Positions 24,478 through 34,266 of a stretch of DNA of 64,000 bases are shown in pieces; the stretch's first letter is position 1; every line of letters starts with the position of its first letter. Under the pieces are notes generated by a model that was given only the letters and a program-made list of their open reading frames with translations, had not been told where the DNA came from and made no database searches. The translations under genes and the position numbers were made by a program. The stretch comes from Alphaproteobacteria bacterium (GTDB lineage Bacteria; Pseudomonadota; Alphaproteobacteria; SP197): assembly GCA_965228895.1 (NCBI GenBank), contig OZ245842.1, forward strand, positions 4,320,001 through 4,384,000. The letters are read 5' to 3'.

Positions 24478-25384
24478 CAGCAACAACGGCGTGTTGCCGC
24501 TGGTGCTGGTCAGCGGCCTTTCCGGCGCCGGGCGCAGCACGTCGTTGCGCGCGCTGGAAGATGAGGGTTATGAGGCCGTCGACAACCTGCCGATGTCGTT
24601 GCTGGAGACCTTGATTACGGCAGAAACCCAACCGCCCCACGGTCTTGCCATGGCGGTCGACGTCCGCTCGCGTAACTTCGACGCGGCGGCCTTTGTCGCG
24701 ATCGTCGAGCGGTTGCGTAAACGCCCGGGCCTGGCGCTAAAGCTGATCTTCCTCGACAGCGATACCGACGTCCTGCAACGCCGCTATACGGAAACCCGCC
24801 GCACCCATCCACTCGCCGGCGAACGGTCGGTCACCGCCAGCATTGAGCTGGAACGGGGCCTGATGGCCGTCGTTCGCGACGCCGCTGATCTTGTAATCGA
24901 CACCAGCGACCTGAGCGGGGCGGACCTGAAGCGGATCATCGTCGGCCAACTCGCCTTGCAGGAGAGCGGCCGCCTGGGACTGTTCGTCACGTCGTTTTCC
25001 TACCGCCTGGGCCTGCCGCGCAACGCCGACCTGGTGTTCGATGTCCGTTTCCTGGCCAATCCCCACTATGTCGACGATCTCAGCCCCCTGACCGGCCGGG
25101 ATTCGCCCGTCGGCGCGTTCATCGAGCAAGACCCCTCATTCCAGCCGTTTTTTGACCGTTTGAGCGGACTTTTGGCCGATTTGCTGCCGGCCTACGAGCG
25201 CGAAGGCAAGTATTATCTGACCATCGCGGTCGGCTGCACCGGCGGCCAGCACCGCTCGGTTTTTGTTGCCGAGCGCCTTGCCGCTCTGTTAAGCGAAGAC
25301 CACCGCGTCCACCTGGAGCACCGCGACCTGGCTTCGGCGCTGGCGCGCAACAGGGACGCCAACAAAAACAGCGGCGCATCATGA
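24470..25384 (+). CDS. rapZ: RNase adapter / P-loop protein RapZ (YvcJ family)
   Basis: VSGLSGAGRS, VDNLP, RRYTETRRTHPL, FDVRFLANPHY, GCTGGQHRSV. Confidence 0.95.
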   Translation: MSDSNNGVLPLVLVSGLSGAGRSTSLRALEDEGYEAVDNLPMSLLETLITAETQPPHGLAMAVDVRSRNFDAAAFVAIVERLRKRPGLALKLIFLDSDTDVLQRRYTETRRTHPLAGERSVTASIELERGLMAVVRDAADLVIDTSDLSGADLKRIIVGQLALQESGRLGLFVTSFSYRLGLPRNADLVFDVRFLANPHYVDDLSPLTGRDSPVGAFIEQDPSFQPFFDRLSGLLADLLPAYEREGKYYLTIAVGCTGGQHRSVFVAERLAALLSEDHRVHLEHRDLASALARNRDANKNSGAS

Positions 25385-25785
25385 TTGGTTTGGTTCTGGT
25401 GACTCACGGGCGATTGGCCGAGGAGTTTGTCGCCGCCACGGAGCACGTGGTCGGCGAACAGCGCAATGTCAAAACCGTCTGTATCGGCCCGGATGACGAT
25501 ATGGAACAGCGGCGTAAGGATATCCTGGCGGCGATCGCCAAGGTCGATGATGGCGATGGCGTCATCCTGCTGACCGACATGTTCGGCGGCACGCCGTCGA
25601 ACCTGGCGATTTCGGTCATGGACACCGGCAACGTCGAAGTCATTGCCGGCATCAACTTGCCGATGCTGATCAAACTGGCCAGCGCGCGCGAGACCGAGAC
25701 CTTGGCCAGTGCCGTCGCCCAGGCGCAGGAGTCAGGGCGCAAGTACATCAATGTTGCGAGCAGCTTGCTGAACGCACGAGGCTAA
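25381..25785 (+). CDS. manX: PTS EIIA mannose-type component
   Basis: MIGLVLVTHG, LTDMFGGTPSN, AGINLPMLI. Confidence 0.92.
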   Translation: MIGLVLVTHGRLAEEFVAATEHVVGEQRNVKTVCIGPDDDMEQRRKDILAAIAKVDDGDGVILLTDMFGGTPSNLAISVMDTGNVEVIAGINLPMLIKLASARETETLASAVAQAQESGRKYINVASSLLNARG

Positions 25786-25791
25786 GCGGCC

Positions 25792-26082
25792 ATGTCCGGC
25801 CGGGAGACAGGGGCCGGGGGAATGGGCCTTCAACTATTGATTATCAACGAGCGCGGCCTTCACGCACGCGCCGCCGCCAAGTTCGTTGCGACGGTGCAGG
25901 AGTTCGAGGCCGAGGTCGAGGTCAGCAAGGACGGCATGTCGGTCTCCGGGCGATCGATTATGGGATTGATGATGTTGGCAGCAGCACCCGGCACCACGAT
26001 TGATGTCACCGCGCAAGGACCGGACGCGCCGGCGGTGCTGGCGGCTTTGCAGTTCCTGGTCGACAGCCGGTTCGATGAGTAG
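25792..26082 (+). CDS. ptsH: HPr-family phosphocarrier (HPr/NPr)
   Basis: NERGLHARAAAKFV (phospho-His) and SIMGLMML (regulatory Ser). Confidence 0.92.
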   Translation: MSGRETGAGGMGLQLLIINERGLHARAAAKFVATVQEFEAEVEVSKDGMSVSGRSIMGLMMLAAAPGTTIDVTAQGPDAPAVLAALQFLVDSRFDE

Positions 26083-27847
26083 ACAACGCAAGACATCACG
26101 CTCGAACGTCATCCTGCGAGGATTGGGCGTTGCGCGCGGCATCGCCATCGGTCCGGCGCACATCGCCGAAAGCGGCACGCTTGACGTGCCGACCCACGAA
26201 CTCGCGAAGTCGGCGATCGACGATGAGATCGAACGCTTCCACGCCGCCATCGCGGAAGCGGGCACGCAGATCGACAAGCTCAGACGCAAAGCCTCGTCCT
26301 TGCCCGAAAGCGCGGCCGAAGAGCTCGGCTATCTGCTCGACGCCCACAACCATATGCTGGAGGGCTCGCGTCTGGTGCGCGGCGTCGACAAGCGCATTCG
26401 CGACGAACGCCTGAATGCGGAAGCCGCCGTCTCCCAGGAAGTGTCGGAGATCGCGCAGGTCTTCTCGCAGATGGAAGACAGCTACCTCGCCGCGCGTGCA
26501 CGCGATGTCCGTGATGTCGGCCAGCGTCTGTTGCGCTGCTTGATGAAGACACCGTATCAGGCTTTCACGGACCTGCCCGAGGGTTCGGTGATCGTTGCCG
26601 ACGAACTGACCCCGGCCGATACCGCACTGCTCGACCCGCACAAGATCGCCGGCTTCGTGACGGCCACCGGCGGCGCCCAGGATCACACCGGCATCATGGC
26701 GCGTTCCTTGGGCCTGCCCGCGGTCGTCGGCATGGCCGAACTGCTGCAGCAGGTGCGCCCGGGCGACATGGTGATCGTCGATGGCGGCGCGGGACAGATC
26801 ATTTTGAACCCCGACGCCCAGACCATGTCGCGCTACCAGACGCGCCGTGCCGAACTGGTGCGCCAGGCACGCAAGCTCGATCGGTTGCGCGACGTTCCCG
26901 CTGTGACCCGCGATCAGGAACTGGTCAGGCTGCAGGCCAATATCGATCTGCCCAACGAGATCGACGCCGCGCTGTCGTCCGGCGCCGAAGGCATTGGCCT
27001 TTTCCGGACCGAGTATGTCTTCATGAACCGCGATGACCTGCCCGACGAGGACGAGCAATACGTCCAGCTACGCAGCATCGTGGAGGGCATGGAAGGCAGG
27101 CCGATCACGATCCGCACGCTGGATGTCGGCAACGACAAGCTGCCCTATTCGCTGGACGAGCACATGACCACAAGCCCCAATCCAGCCATGGGCCTGCGCG
27201 CCATCCGTCTGTCGCTGAAGTTCCAGAAGCTGTTGGAGGCCCAGCTCGCCGCAATCCTGCGCGCCGGCGCCCACGGCCCCGTCCGTATCCTGCTGCCCAT
27301 GATCAGCAGTCCCCAGGAGGTGCGCGAGGTGCGCGACGCCATGCGCAAGGTTGTGCGACGCCTGAAGCGGCGCAAGGTCGCGATCGCCGACCCGCTGCCG
27401 CCGATCGGCGCCATGATCGAGATTCCCGGTGCCGCGCTCGCCGCCGACAGCCTGGCGCGCGACTGCGAGTTCTTCTCGATCGGCACCAACGATCTCACCA
27501 TGTACACGCTGGCCATCGACCGCGGCGACGATCAGGTGGCCCATCTCTATAGCCCGCTGCACCCGGCGGTCCTGCGCCTGATCCAGTTCACCACGGCTGC
27601 GGCGCTGAGAGCGCGCATTCCGATCAATGTCTGCGGCGAAATGGCCGGCGACGAGCGCATGACGGCGCTGCTGCTGGGGCTTGGCATCCGCGACCTCTCG
27701 ATGACCGCGACGGCGCTGCCCCGGGTCAAGCAGCGCATCCGCGCCCTCGACCTCAACGAGGCGACAAAACGCACCCAGACCATCATGGATCAGTCCGATC
27801 CCGGCATGGTCGCGGTACTCCTGGATGACTTCAACGCCCTGCCGTAA
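26075..27847 (+). CDS. ptsI: PEP-protein phosphotransferase, enzyme I without GAF domain
   Basis: GIAIG, YLAARARDVRD, GGAQDHTGIMARSLG, GIGLFRTE, NPAMGLRAIR, FFSIGTNDL, CGEMAG. ATG 26075 overlaps the ptsH end. Confidence 0.93.
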   Translation: MSRQRKTSRSNVILRGLGVARGIAIGPAHIAESGTLDVPTHELAKSAIDDEIERFHAAIAEAGTQIDKLRRKASSLPESAAEELGYLLDAHNHMLEGSRLVRGVDKRIRDERLNAEAAVSQEVSEIAQVFSQMEDSYLAARARDVRDVGQRLLRCLMKTPYQAFTDLPEGSVIVADELTPADTALLDPHKIAGFVTATGGAQDHTGIMARSLGLPAVVGMAELLQQVRPGDMVIVDGGAGQIILNPDAQTMSRYQTRRAELVRQARKLDRLRDVPAVTRDQELVRLQANIDLPNEIDAALSSGAEGIGLFRTEYVFMNRDDLPDEDEQYVQLRSIVEGMEGRPITIRTLDVGNDKLPYSLDEHMTTSPNPAMGLRAIRLSLKFQKLLEAQLAAILRAGAHGPVRILLPMISSPQEVREVRDAMRKVVRRLKRRKVAIADPLPPIGAMIEIPGAALAADSLARDCEFFSIGTNDLTMYTLAIDRGDDQVAHLYSPLHPAVLRLIQFTTAAALRARIPINVCGEMAGDERMTALLLGLGIRDLSMTATALPRVKQRIRALDLNEATKRTQTIMDQSDPGMVAVLLDDFNALP

Positions 27848-27951
27848 GGCATCATCTTGCCTGGACGGCCGGGGTCCCCATTTGTTAAGCCGTGCCCGGC
27901 GCCCGTCCGATGGCATCCGCCATGGATTTTCTAGAGAGAATGGATCGAAGA

Positions 27952-29247
27952 ATGAGTGACTTCAGCGACTACAAGGTTGCCGATATCAGCCTGGCCGATT
28001 GGGGCCGCAAGGAGATCGAACTGGCCCAGGTCGAGATGCCGGGCCTGATGGCAATCCGCGACGAGTATGGCGCGAAGAAGCCGCTGAAGGGCGCCCGCAT
28101 CACCGGCTGCCTGCACATGACGATCCAGACTGCCGTTTTGATCGAAACCTTGGTCGATCTGGGCGCCGAGATCCGCTGGAGCTCGTGCAACATTTTCTCA
28201 ACCCAGGATCAGGCGGCCGCCGCCATCGCGGCTGCCGGCATCCCGGTCTTTGCCTGGAAGGGCGAGTCGGAGGAAGAGTATTGGTGGTGCATCGACCAGA
28301 CCATCGAAGGTCCGGACGGTTGGCGCCCCAACATGCTGCTGGATGACGGCGGCGATCTGACCCAGGTCATGCACGAAAAGCACGCCGATCTGATGAAAGA
28401 CGTGAAGGGTGTCAGCGAGGAAACCACGACGGGCGTCGCGCGCCTTTATCAGATGGCGCAGCACGGCGAACTCCTGGTGCCCGCCTTCAACGTCAACGAT
28501 TCCGTTACCAAGTCGAAGTTCGACAACGTCTATGGCTGCCGCGAAAGCCTGGTCGACGGCATCCGCCGCGCCACCGACGTCATGATGGCCGGCAAGGTCG
28601 CCGTCGTCGCAGGTTACGGCGGCGTCGGCAAGGGATCGGCTCAGTCGCTGCGCGGCGCCGGCGCCCGGGTCAAGGTAACCGAGATCGACCCGATCTGTGC
28701 GCTCCAGGCGGCGATGGACGGTTATGAGGTCGTCACCATGGATGACGCCGCCTCCCAGGCCGACATCTTCGTCACCGCGACCGGCAACCGCGATGTCATT
28801 ACCGTCGACCACATGCGCGCCATGAAGGACCGCGCCATCGTCTGCAATATCGGCCACTTCGATAACGAGATTCAGGTCGATGCGCTCAGGAACCAGAAGT
28901 GGCACAACGTCAAGCCGCAGGTCGACGAGATCGAGTTCGCCGACGGCAAACGCATCGTCTTGCTGGCCGAAGGCCGCCTGGTGAACCTTGGCTGCGCCAC
29001 CGGTCATCCCAGCTTCGTCATGAGCGCCAGCTTCACCAACCAGGTGCTCGCCCAGATCGAGCTGTGGACCCATCCCGACAAGTACGAGCGTCAGGTCTAC
29101 GTGCTGCCCAAGCACCTGGACGAGAAGGTCGCCCGGCTGCATCTGGAAAAGGTCGGTGCCAAGCTGACCGAACTGACCGACGATCAGGCGAGCTATCTCG
29201 CCATCGATCAGGCTGGCCCGTACAAACCCGAGGAATACCGGTACTGA
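27952..29247 (+). CDS. ahcY: Adenosylhomocysteinase
   Basis: [59 protein letters not shown]. Confidence 0.98.
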   Translation: MSDFSDYKVADISLADWGRKEIELAQVEMPGLMAIRDEYGAKKPLKGARITGCLHMTIQTAVLIETLVDLGAEIRWSSCNIFSTQDQAAAAIAAAGIPVFAWKGESEEEYWWCIDQTIEGPDGWRPNMLLDDGGDLTQVMHEKHADLMKDVKGVSEETTTGVARLYQMAQHGELLVPAFNVNDSVTKSKFDNVYGCRESLVDGIRRATDVMMAGKVAVVAGYGGVGKGSAQSLRGAGARVKVTEIDPICALQAAMDGYEVVTMDDAASQADIFVTATGNRDVITVDHMRAMKDRAIVCNIGHFDNEIQVDALRNQKWHNVKPQVDEIEFADGKRIVLLAEGRLVNLGCATGHPSFVMSASFTNQVLAQIELWTHPDKYERQVYVLPKHLDEKVARLHLEKVGAKLTELTDDQASYLAIDQAGPYKPEEYRY

Positions 29248-29585
29248 TCGACGCCGTAGAAGACCGGAAGCAGGCGGCCCGGCTCTCGCCAGCCGGCATC
29301 TGACCAGCTTCCGGCTTCGTGCGCGGTGCCTCGTGGACACCACATATAGACGGCGGCTGACACAGGCCACAACCGTGTGTGGTGACACCCCCTTGCCCGC
29401 AGCCTAGACTCGGCATCGACGATCGGCAGGTTGGGGGGCACGAATGTCGGGGGTTCGTTTCGCGGCCGTTATGGGGACGGTTGGCGGCCATGCGTCAAGG
29501 CGCACTGTCAAAACGACAGAGCCGTCAACCAGACATGGCCAAGACAGTGGCAGTTTGATCACCGCAGCCAGCCACCGGCCGCGCC

Positions 29586-31052
29586 ATGTCCTGGTTTGAC
29601 AAGCACACCGTGCCCGAGACGAAACACCGGAACGGTGAGGACGACCAGTCTGGCAGTCGTCTATCCAGACGCCGCCTTGTTCAGGCACTCGCACGACGGA
29701 ATGCCGAAGAGGTCCTGAACACCGGCCCGTGGTCAATTGCCATGGGCGTTTTGATTATCGTTGTCTACTCCGTCCAGATCTTCGACGGCAGCGAGACGTC
29801 CTATGACTGGGGCAGCTTCTGGGCCCTGCTTGCCACACTCCTCGCCCTGGCCTTGGCCTGTCTGGCGACGGGCGGGTTGCTCGGCTTTCTGTTTAGCATT
29901 CCGCGCACCGCATCCACCCCGCCGCCGCAACCGGAACCACAAGCCGAACCGCAAGGCGGCGAGGCGGCCGGCAACGGTCAGCCTGCTGCGCGCCGCAGCA
30001 ACCCTGTCGCCAGCCATAACGTCAACACGAACCTGGAAGAGATCTCCGACTGGCTGACGAAAATCGTCGTTGGCGTGACGCTGGTACAGCTCACCGAAAT
30101 CATCGGGTTTATCGACCAGATTACGGCGAACATCCAGGCTGGCTTTCCCAACGCATGTGAGGCGAACCAGACCGGATGCATCATCGGTCTGGGCACATTC
30201 TCTGCTGCGGTCATCATTCTCTTCTTCGCGATTGGGCTGCTGTTCGGCTACCTCTGGACACGCCTTATGGTGCAGGGCGCGATCAAGGACGCCGACCTCT
30301 CCTTGGTCGGAAAACTGAAGGACGAGGTCGAAGAAAAACGCGAAGCACTCGACCGCCAAAAGCACAAGGCTGACAGCGATGCCTCGGCGATCAGCTTGTC
30401 GACCAAAATTCTAACGGCGCCGCCTGACGCCGAACTGCCCAGCCAGGAGGCGATCAATGAGGCTCTGGTGGATGCCAGCAAGGACATCCGGTCGATCATT
30501 TTCTACCGCGCGCGCATTCAACGGTCCGAGAACAAATCGCCGCCGGACACCTCAAAGATGGAACGAACCATCCCAATCTTCTGCGCCCTTATCAACGCCG
30601 ACGTGAAACTGCATAGCGGCAAGCCAATCTATCACCAGAACTTCGCGCAACTCGCCTATGCGCTCAAAGATCGTCTGCCAAAATCGGGCTCCGACAAGAA
30701 TCCAGACGATTATCAGCAGGCCATCGGCTTCCTGGACAAGGCCATTCTCATTCGCCCCGATGACGAAGCTCAGAAATGGCCGCTCTACGAGTATAACCTG
30801 GCGCTATGCCAGATAAGGCTGGATCAGTCCTTTAACGCGGGTCAGGCCAATCCGGATGCGGAAGCCGTTAAGGTGGTCGTCGACAACCTGAAAGCCGCAT
30901 GCGCGGCACCGTGGATCAAGGACCATGTGGTGCCGGATGACCAATTGGTCGGCGCCTGGCTTGAGACGAACGGCCTGGAGGTGGCGGACTTGTTGGCGGG
31001 CAAAGAACAACAAACGCCACCACCAACGACGGACCCGCAAACCGCGAGCTAG
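29586..31052 (+). CDS. Hypothetical multi-pass membrane protein with helical/TPR-like C-terminus
   Basis: About 4 hydrophobic segments, GGLLGFLFSIPR, NTNLEEISDWLTKIVVGVTLVQL, FGYLWTRL, a coiled coil, then TPR-like helices. Start codon uncertain. Confidence 0.75.
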   Translation: MSWFDKHTVPETKHRNGEDDQSGSRLSRRRLVQALARRNAEEVLNTGPWSIAMGVLIIVVYSVQIFDGSETSYDWGSFWALLATLLALALACLATGGLLGFLFSIPRTASTPPPQPEPQAEPQGGEAAGNGQPAARRSNPVASHNVNTNLEEISDWLTKIVVGVTLVQLTEIIGFIDQITANIQAGFPNACEANQTGCIIGLGTFSAAVIILFFAIGLLFGYLWTRLMVQGAIKDADLSLVGKLKDEVEEKREALDRQKHKADSDASAISLSTKILTAPPDAELPSQEAINEALVDASKDIRSIIFYRARIQRSENKSPPDTSKMERTIPIFCALINADVKLHSGKPIYHQNFAQLAYALKDRLPKSGSDKNPDDYQQAIGFLDKAILIRPDDEAQKWPLYEYNLALCQIRLDQSFNAGQANPDAEAVKVVVDNLKAACAAPWIKDHVVPDDQLVGAWLETNGLEVADLLAGKEQQTPPPTTDPQTAS

Positions 31053-32572
31053 CCCTCCTCGATCCGAAGCCGCTCGGCGTCAAGGCAGAGGGCGAGGATA
31101 AAGCCCAGGGCTGCAAAGGCGAATGGGAGCCAGAATGACTGCTGCATGCCTGCGGCAAAGGCATCGCCCAGGGCTGTGTGGATTTTGTCGGCGGCGTCGG
31201 CGCCGTACTTGGCGATGATGCCGCTTGCCGCCTCACCATGGGCGCTGGCGGTGTTGAGAGCCGCCTGATCGGCGGCCGTCACGTTGAGGCCGACGGCTTC
31301 GAAGGCACGCGCCAGCCCATCGCGGCTGGTCACAAACAGGATCGCGGTTGCGCCGGCGACGCCAATGGCGCCCAGGCCCAAATGGAACATGTAGGAAAGC
31401 CCGCCCGCCAATCCGGCGCGTGACGGATCGGCGGCGCTGACCGCCGCGGTCCCGGCCGGACCGAAGACAAGCGCGCCGCCGACGCCCATGACCAACATGG
31501 GCGCTATGGTGCCGACGTAACCCCACGACGTCGGCATGAAAACGATACCGAGTGACGCCAGCGCGGCAAGGGCGTAACCCGACGCTAGCAGGCGCTTGGG
31601 ACCAATGGTGTTGTAGAACCGTCCGATCGTCGTGTTGCCGATGGCGATCACGATCAGAATGGGCAGAATACCGATCGCCGACCACATCGCCGACCAGCCG
31701 AACACCTTGTGGTAGTACTGCGGCAGATAAAGGAACAGCAGCATGACCGGCGGCGTCATGAAGCCGTTCATCAGAAGCGCCAGTAGCACCTGATGGTTCT
31801 TCATCATGGGCGGCGGCACCATGGGATCGCGCACCCAGCGTTCGACAATGGGAAACGCGACAAACATCACGACGCTGAAGACGAAGAGGCCGACGACCGC
31901 CACCGACGTCCAGCCCCAGTCAGCGCCGATATCGAGGCCGTAGAGCAAACCGAAGACCGCCAGCGACAGGACGGCCATGCCGAGCACATCGATGCGTTCG
32001 TCGGGCTTCTCGTCGGCATCCCTCGGAATGACGCGCCAGATGAACACGACGGAGATCCCGGCCAACACGACGTTCGCCACGAAAAACATACGCCATTCGC
32101 CGAGACCGCCGAGAATGCCGGCAATGAAGGGGGCGACAGAGTTACCCGTCGCGATCGACCCCAGCATCAGCCCCATCACCACGCCGAGCTTGTCTTTGTC
32201 GACCGACCATGCGGCGACGGCCAGCATGCAGGGCCAGGCGATGGCCGAGCCGATACCCTGAACGACACGCGCGCCGATCAGGAAACCCATCGACGGCGCG
32301 ATCGTGCAGGCAAGCGAGGCCAGGAAAAAGATGAGCAGCCCTATTTGCAGGAACCGCTTGCGCCCGAACATGTCGCCCAGACGACCGCCGGCTACCAGCA
32401 TCATGGCGAGCGACAGCGCATAGGCGTTCAGCACCCACTGGCTGGTCGTGATGTCGACGGCGAAGTCTTGCTCGATCGGAATGACCAGCAACAACGCGCC
32501 GGTGAAATCCGTCCCGATCATGAAGGACGGAATGCAGAGCGTGGCGATGATCGCCTTTGTATGCCTGTCCAC
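31049..32572 (-). CDS. MFS transporter, DHA2 (EmrB/QacA-like)
   Basis: WVLNAYAL, GGRLGDMFGRKR (motif A), ARVVQGIG, WRMFFVANV; about 14 TM. Confidence 0.92.
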   Translation of the reverse strand: MDRHTKAIIATLCIPSFMIGTDFTGALLLVIPIEQDFAVDITTSQWVLNAYALSLAMMLVAGGRLGDMFGRKRFLQIGLLIFFLASLACTIAPSMGFLIGARVVQGIGSAIAWPCMLAVAAWSVDKDKLGVVMGLMLGSIATGNSVAPFIAGILGGLGEWRMFFVANVVLAGISVVFIWRVIPRDADEKPDERIDVLGMAVLSLAVFGLLYGLDIGADWGWTSVAVVGLFVFSVVMFVAFPIVERWVRDPMVPPPMMKNHQVLLALLMNGFMTPPVMLLFLYLPQYYHKVFGWSAMWSAIGILPILIVIAIGNTTIGRFYNTIGPKRLLASGYALAALASLGIVFMPTSWGYVGTIAPMLVMGVGGALVFGPAGTAAVSAADPSRAGLAGGLSYMFHLGLGAIGVAGATAILFVTSRDGLARAFEAVGLNVTAADQAALNTASAHGEAASGIIAKYGADAADKIHTALGDAFAAGMQQSFWLPFAFAALGFILALCLDAERLRIEEG

Positions 32573-32634
32573 GATGCCCCCGCTGGACCAACCGCGACCT
32601 TAGCCCAGACAGGTCAAGCGCCAAACAGCGCTGT

Positions 32635-33654
32635 TCAGGTCGTACCCGGCAATCCCTTGGTCGTCGAGTACTCAAAGTGGAGTTCTTCGTCGGGGTAGAC
32701 CAGCGGGCGGATGGCGTGCGCCGCCATGGCGGCTTCGGAAAAGCCCGACAGGATCAGCTTCAGCTTGCCCGGATAAGTGACGATATCGCCGATGGCATAG
32801 ATACCGGCCTCGCTGGTGGCCGAGGTCGCGGGGTCGGTGGTAATGAGGTTGCGGTCGAGATTGAGGCCCCAATCCGCGATCGGGCCGAGCTCCATCCTGA
32901 GACCATAGAACGGCAGCAAGACATCGGCGTCGAGCCGGCGCTCGTTGCCGTCAAGATCGGCGACGATCACCGCATCGAGCTTGCCGTCCGATCCGTCGAG
33001 GCCGTGAAGCTGGTAGGGCACGACCATCTCGATCGCGCCGTCCTCGGCCAACTTGTTCATGCGGTTGACGCTGTCGGGCGCGGCGCGGAACTTGGCGCGG
33101 CGGTGGACCACCATCAGCTTGTCGGCGACCTCGGCCAGCGACAGCACCCAGTCGACGGCGGAATCGCCGCCGCCGGCGATCACGATCTTCTTGCCGCGAT
33201 AGGCCTCGCGCCGGGTGACGTAATAGGCGACGGCGCCGGAGTCTTCATAGGCCTCGATGCCTTCCATGGGCGGCCGGTTGGGACCGAACGAGCCGCAGCC
33301 CGCGGCGATGACCACCGCGCGGCAGATGATGATTGCGCCCTTGGAGGTCTCGACCCGCCAATCATCGCCGTCGCGGACCAGCGACACGACCTGTTGGCCG
33401 AGGTGGTACACCGGATCGAACGGGGCGGCCTGTTCGGCGAGCTTGTCGACGAGGTCCTGCGCCATGATCTCCGGATAACCGGGAATGTCATAGATCGGCT
33501 TTTCCGGATAAAGCGCCGTGCACTGGCCGCCGACCGCCTCCAGCGTGTCGACGACATGGCAGCGCATATCCAGCATGCCCGCCTCGAACACCTGGAACAG
33601 CCCGACCGGGCCGGCGCCGACCACCACGATGTCGGTCTTGACCATCTCGCTCAT
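32635..33654 (-). CDS. Thioredoxin-reductase-like ferredoxin--NADP reductase
   Basis: GAGPVGLF, GGQCTALYPEKPIYDIPG, GGGDSAVDW, YPGKLKLILSGFSEA; no CxxC. Confidence 0.9.
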   Translation of the reverse strand: MSEMVKTDIVVVGAGPVGLFQVFEAGMLDMRCHVVDTLEAVGGQCTALYPEKPIYDIPGYPEIMAQDLVDKLAEQAAPFDPVYHLGQQVVSLVRDGDDWRVETSKGAIIICRAVVIAAGCGSFGPNRPPMEGIEAYEDSGAVAYYVTRREAYRGKKIVIAGGGDSAVDWVLSLAEVADKLMVVHRRAKFRAAPDSVNRMNKLAEDGAIEMVVPYQLHGLDGSDGKLDAVIVADLDGNERRLDADVLLPFYGLRMELGPIADWGLNLDRNLITTDPATSATSEAGIYAIGDIVTYPGKLKLILSGFSEAAMAAHAIRPLVYPDEELHFEYSTTKGLPGTT

Positions 33655-33712
33655 AGGGAAACCCTGCCTGTTCGGCCCTGACATAACGAAGCGCCTGCCG
33701 GCTTGGCAAACC

Positions 33713-33756
33713 CTTTCCATCGGGCTTTCCATCGGGCTTTCCACCGGGCCCTTTCC
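33713..33756. repeat. 12-bp tandem repeat (CTTTCCAYCGGG) x3 plus partial copy
   Basis: CTTTCCATCGGG CTTTCCATCGGG CTTTCCACCGGG CC CTTTCC. Confidence 0.9.
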
Positions 33757-33780
33757 TATGGGGGGCGGTGGGGCTACAAA
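33752..33780 (+). promoter_or_regulatory. Putative sigma70 promoter of tsaE, probably leaderless
   Basis: TTTCCT-N17-TACAAA with the ATG 6 nt downstream and no SD. Confidence 0.5.
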
Positions 33781-33786
33781 CGCGCC

Positions 33787-34266
33787 ATGAGTGCCTCGCC
33801 AAGCCCGACAGCCGCCCGCGACATGATGCTGGCCGCCGAATCGGTGACCCGGACACTGGCAGACCAGATTGCCGGCCTTGCCAAACCGGGCGATCTGATT
33901 GCGCTATGGGGCGACCTGGGCAGCGGCAAGACGACCTTCGCGCGCGGCTTCATCAACGCGCTGACCGGCGAGACCGAGGTGCCCAGCCCGACCTTCAGCC
34001 TGGTTCAGACCTATGACGCGCCGGACTTCGTCATCTGGCATTTCGACCTCTACCGGCTCGACCGGCCGCGCGACGTCCTGGAACTCGGCTTCGACGACGC
34101 GCTCAACGATGACGTCGTCCTGGTGGAGTGGCCGGAACGGCTTGGCGAGTACCTGCCGGAAGACCGACTTGATCTGCGTTTCCGCCTGGTCGCGGCGGGC
34201 GGGCGTTTTGTGCGCCTGGAAGCCTGTGGCAGTTGGGCCGAGCGGTTGAATGCTATGGCGTCATGA
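33787..34266 (+). CDS. tsaE: tRNA t6A biosynthesis ATPase TsaE
   Basis: LWGDLGSGKTTFAR, VPSPTFSLVQTY, HFDLYRL, LVEWPERL. Confidence 0.96.
   Translation: MSASPSPTAARDMMLAAESVTRTLADQIAGLAKPGDLIALWGDLGSGKTTFARGFINALTGETEVPSPTFSLVQTYDAPDFVIWHFDLYRLDRPRDVLELGFDDALNDDVVLVEWPERLGEYLPEDRLDLRFRLVAAGGRFVRLEACGSWAERLNAMAS

Noticed and set aside
29444-29599. About 51-aa ORF (MSGVRFAAV...) upstream of the orphan membrane protein
   Set aside because: Only a G-run as SD, no motifs, and it overlaps the next start; insufficient support.
33713-33756. Possible CRISPR array
   Set aside because: 12-bp units without spacers and no cas genes; it is a simple tandem repeat.
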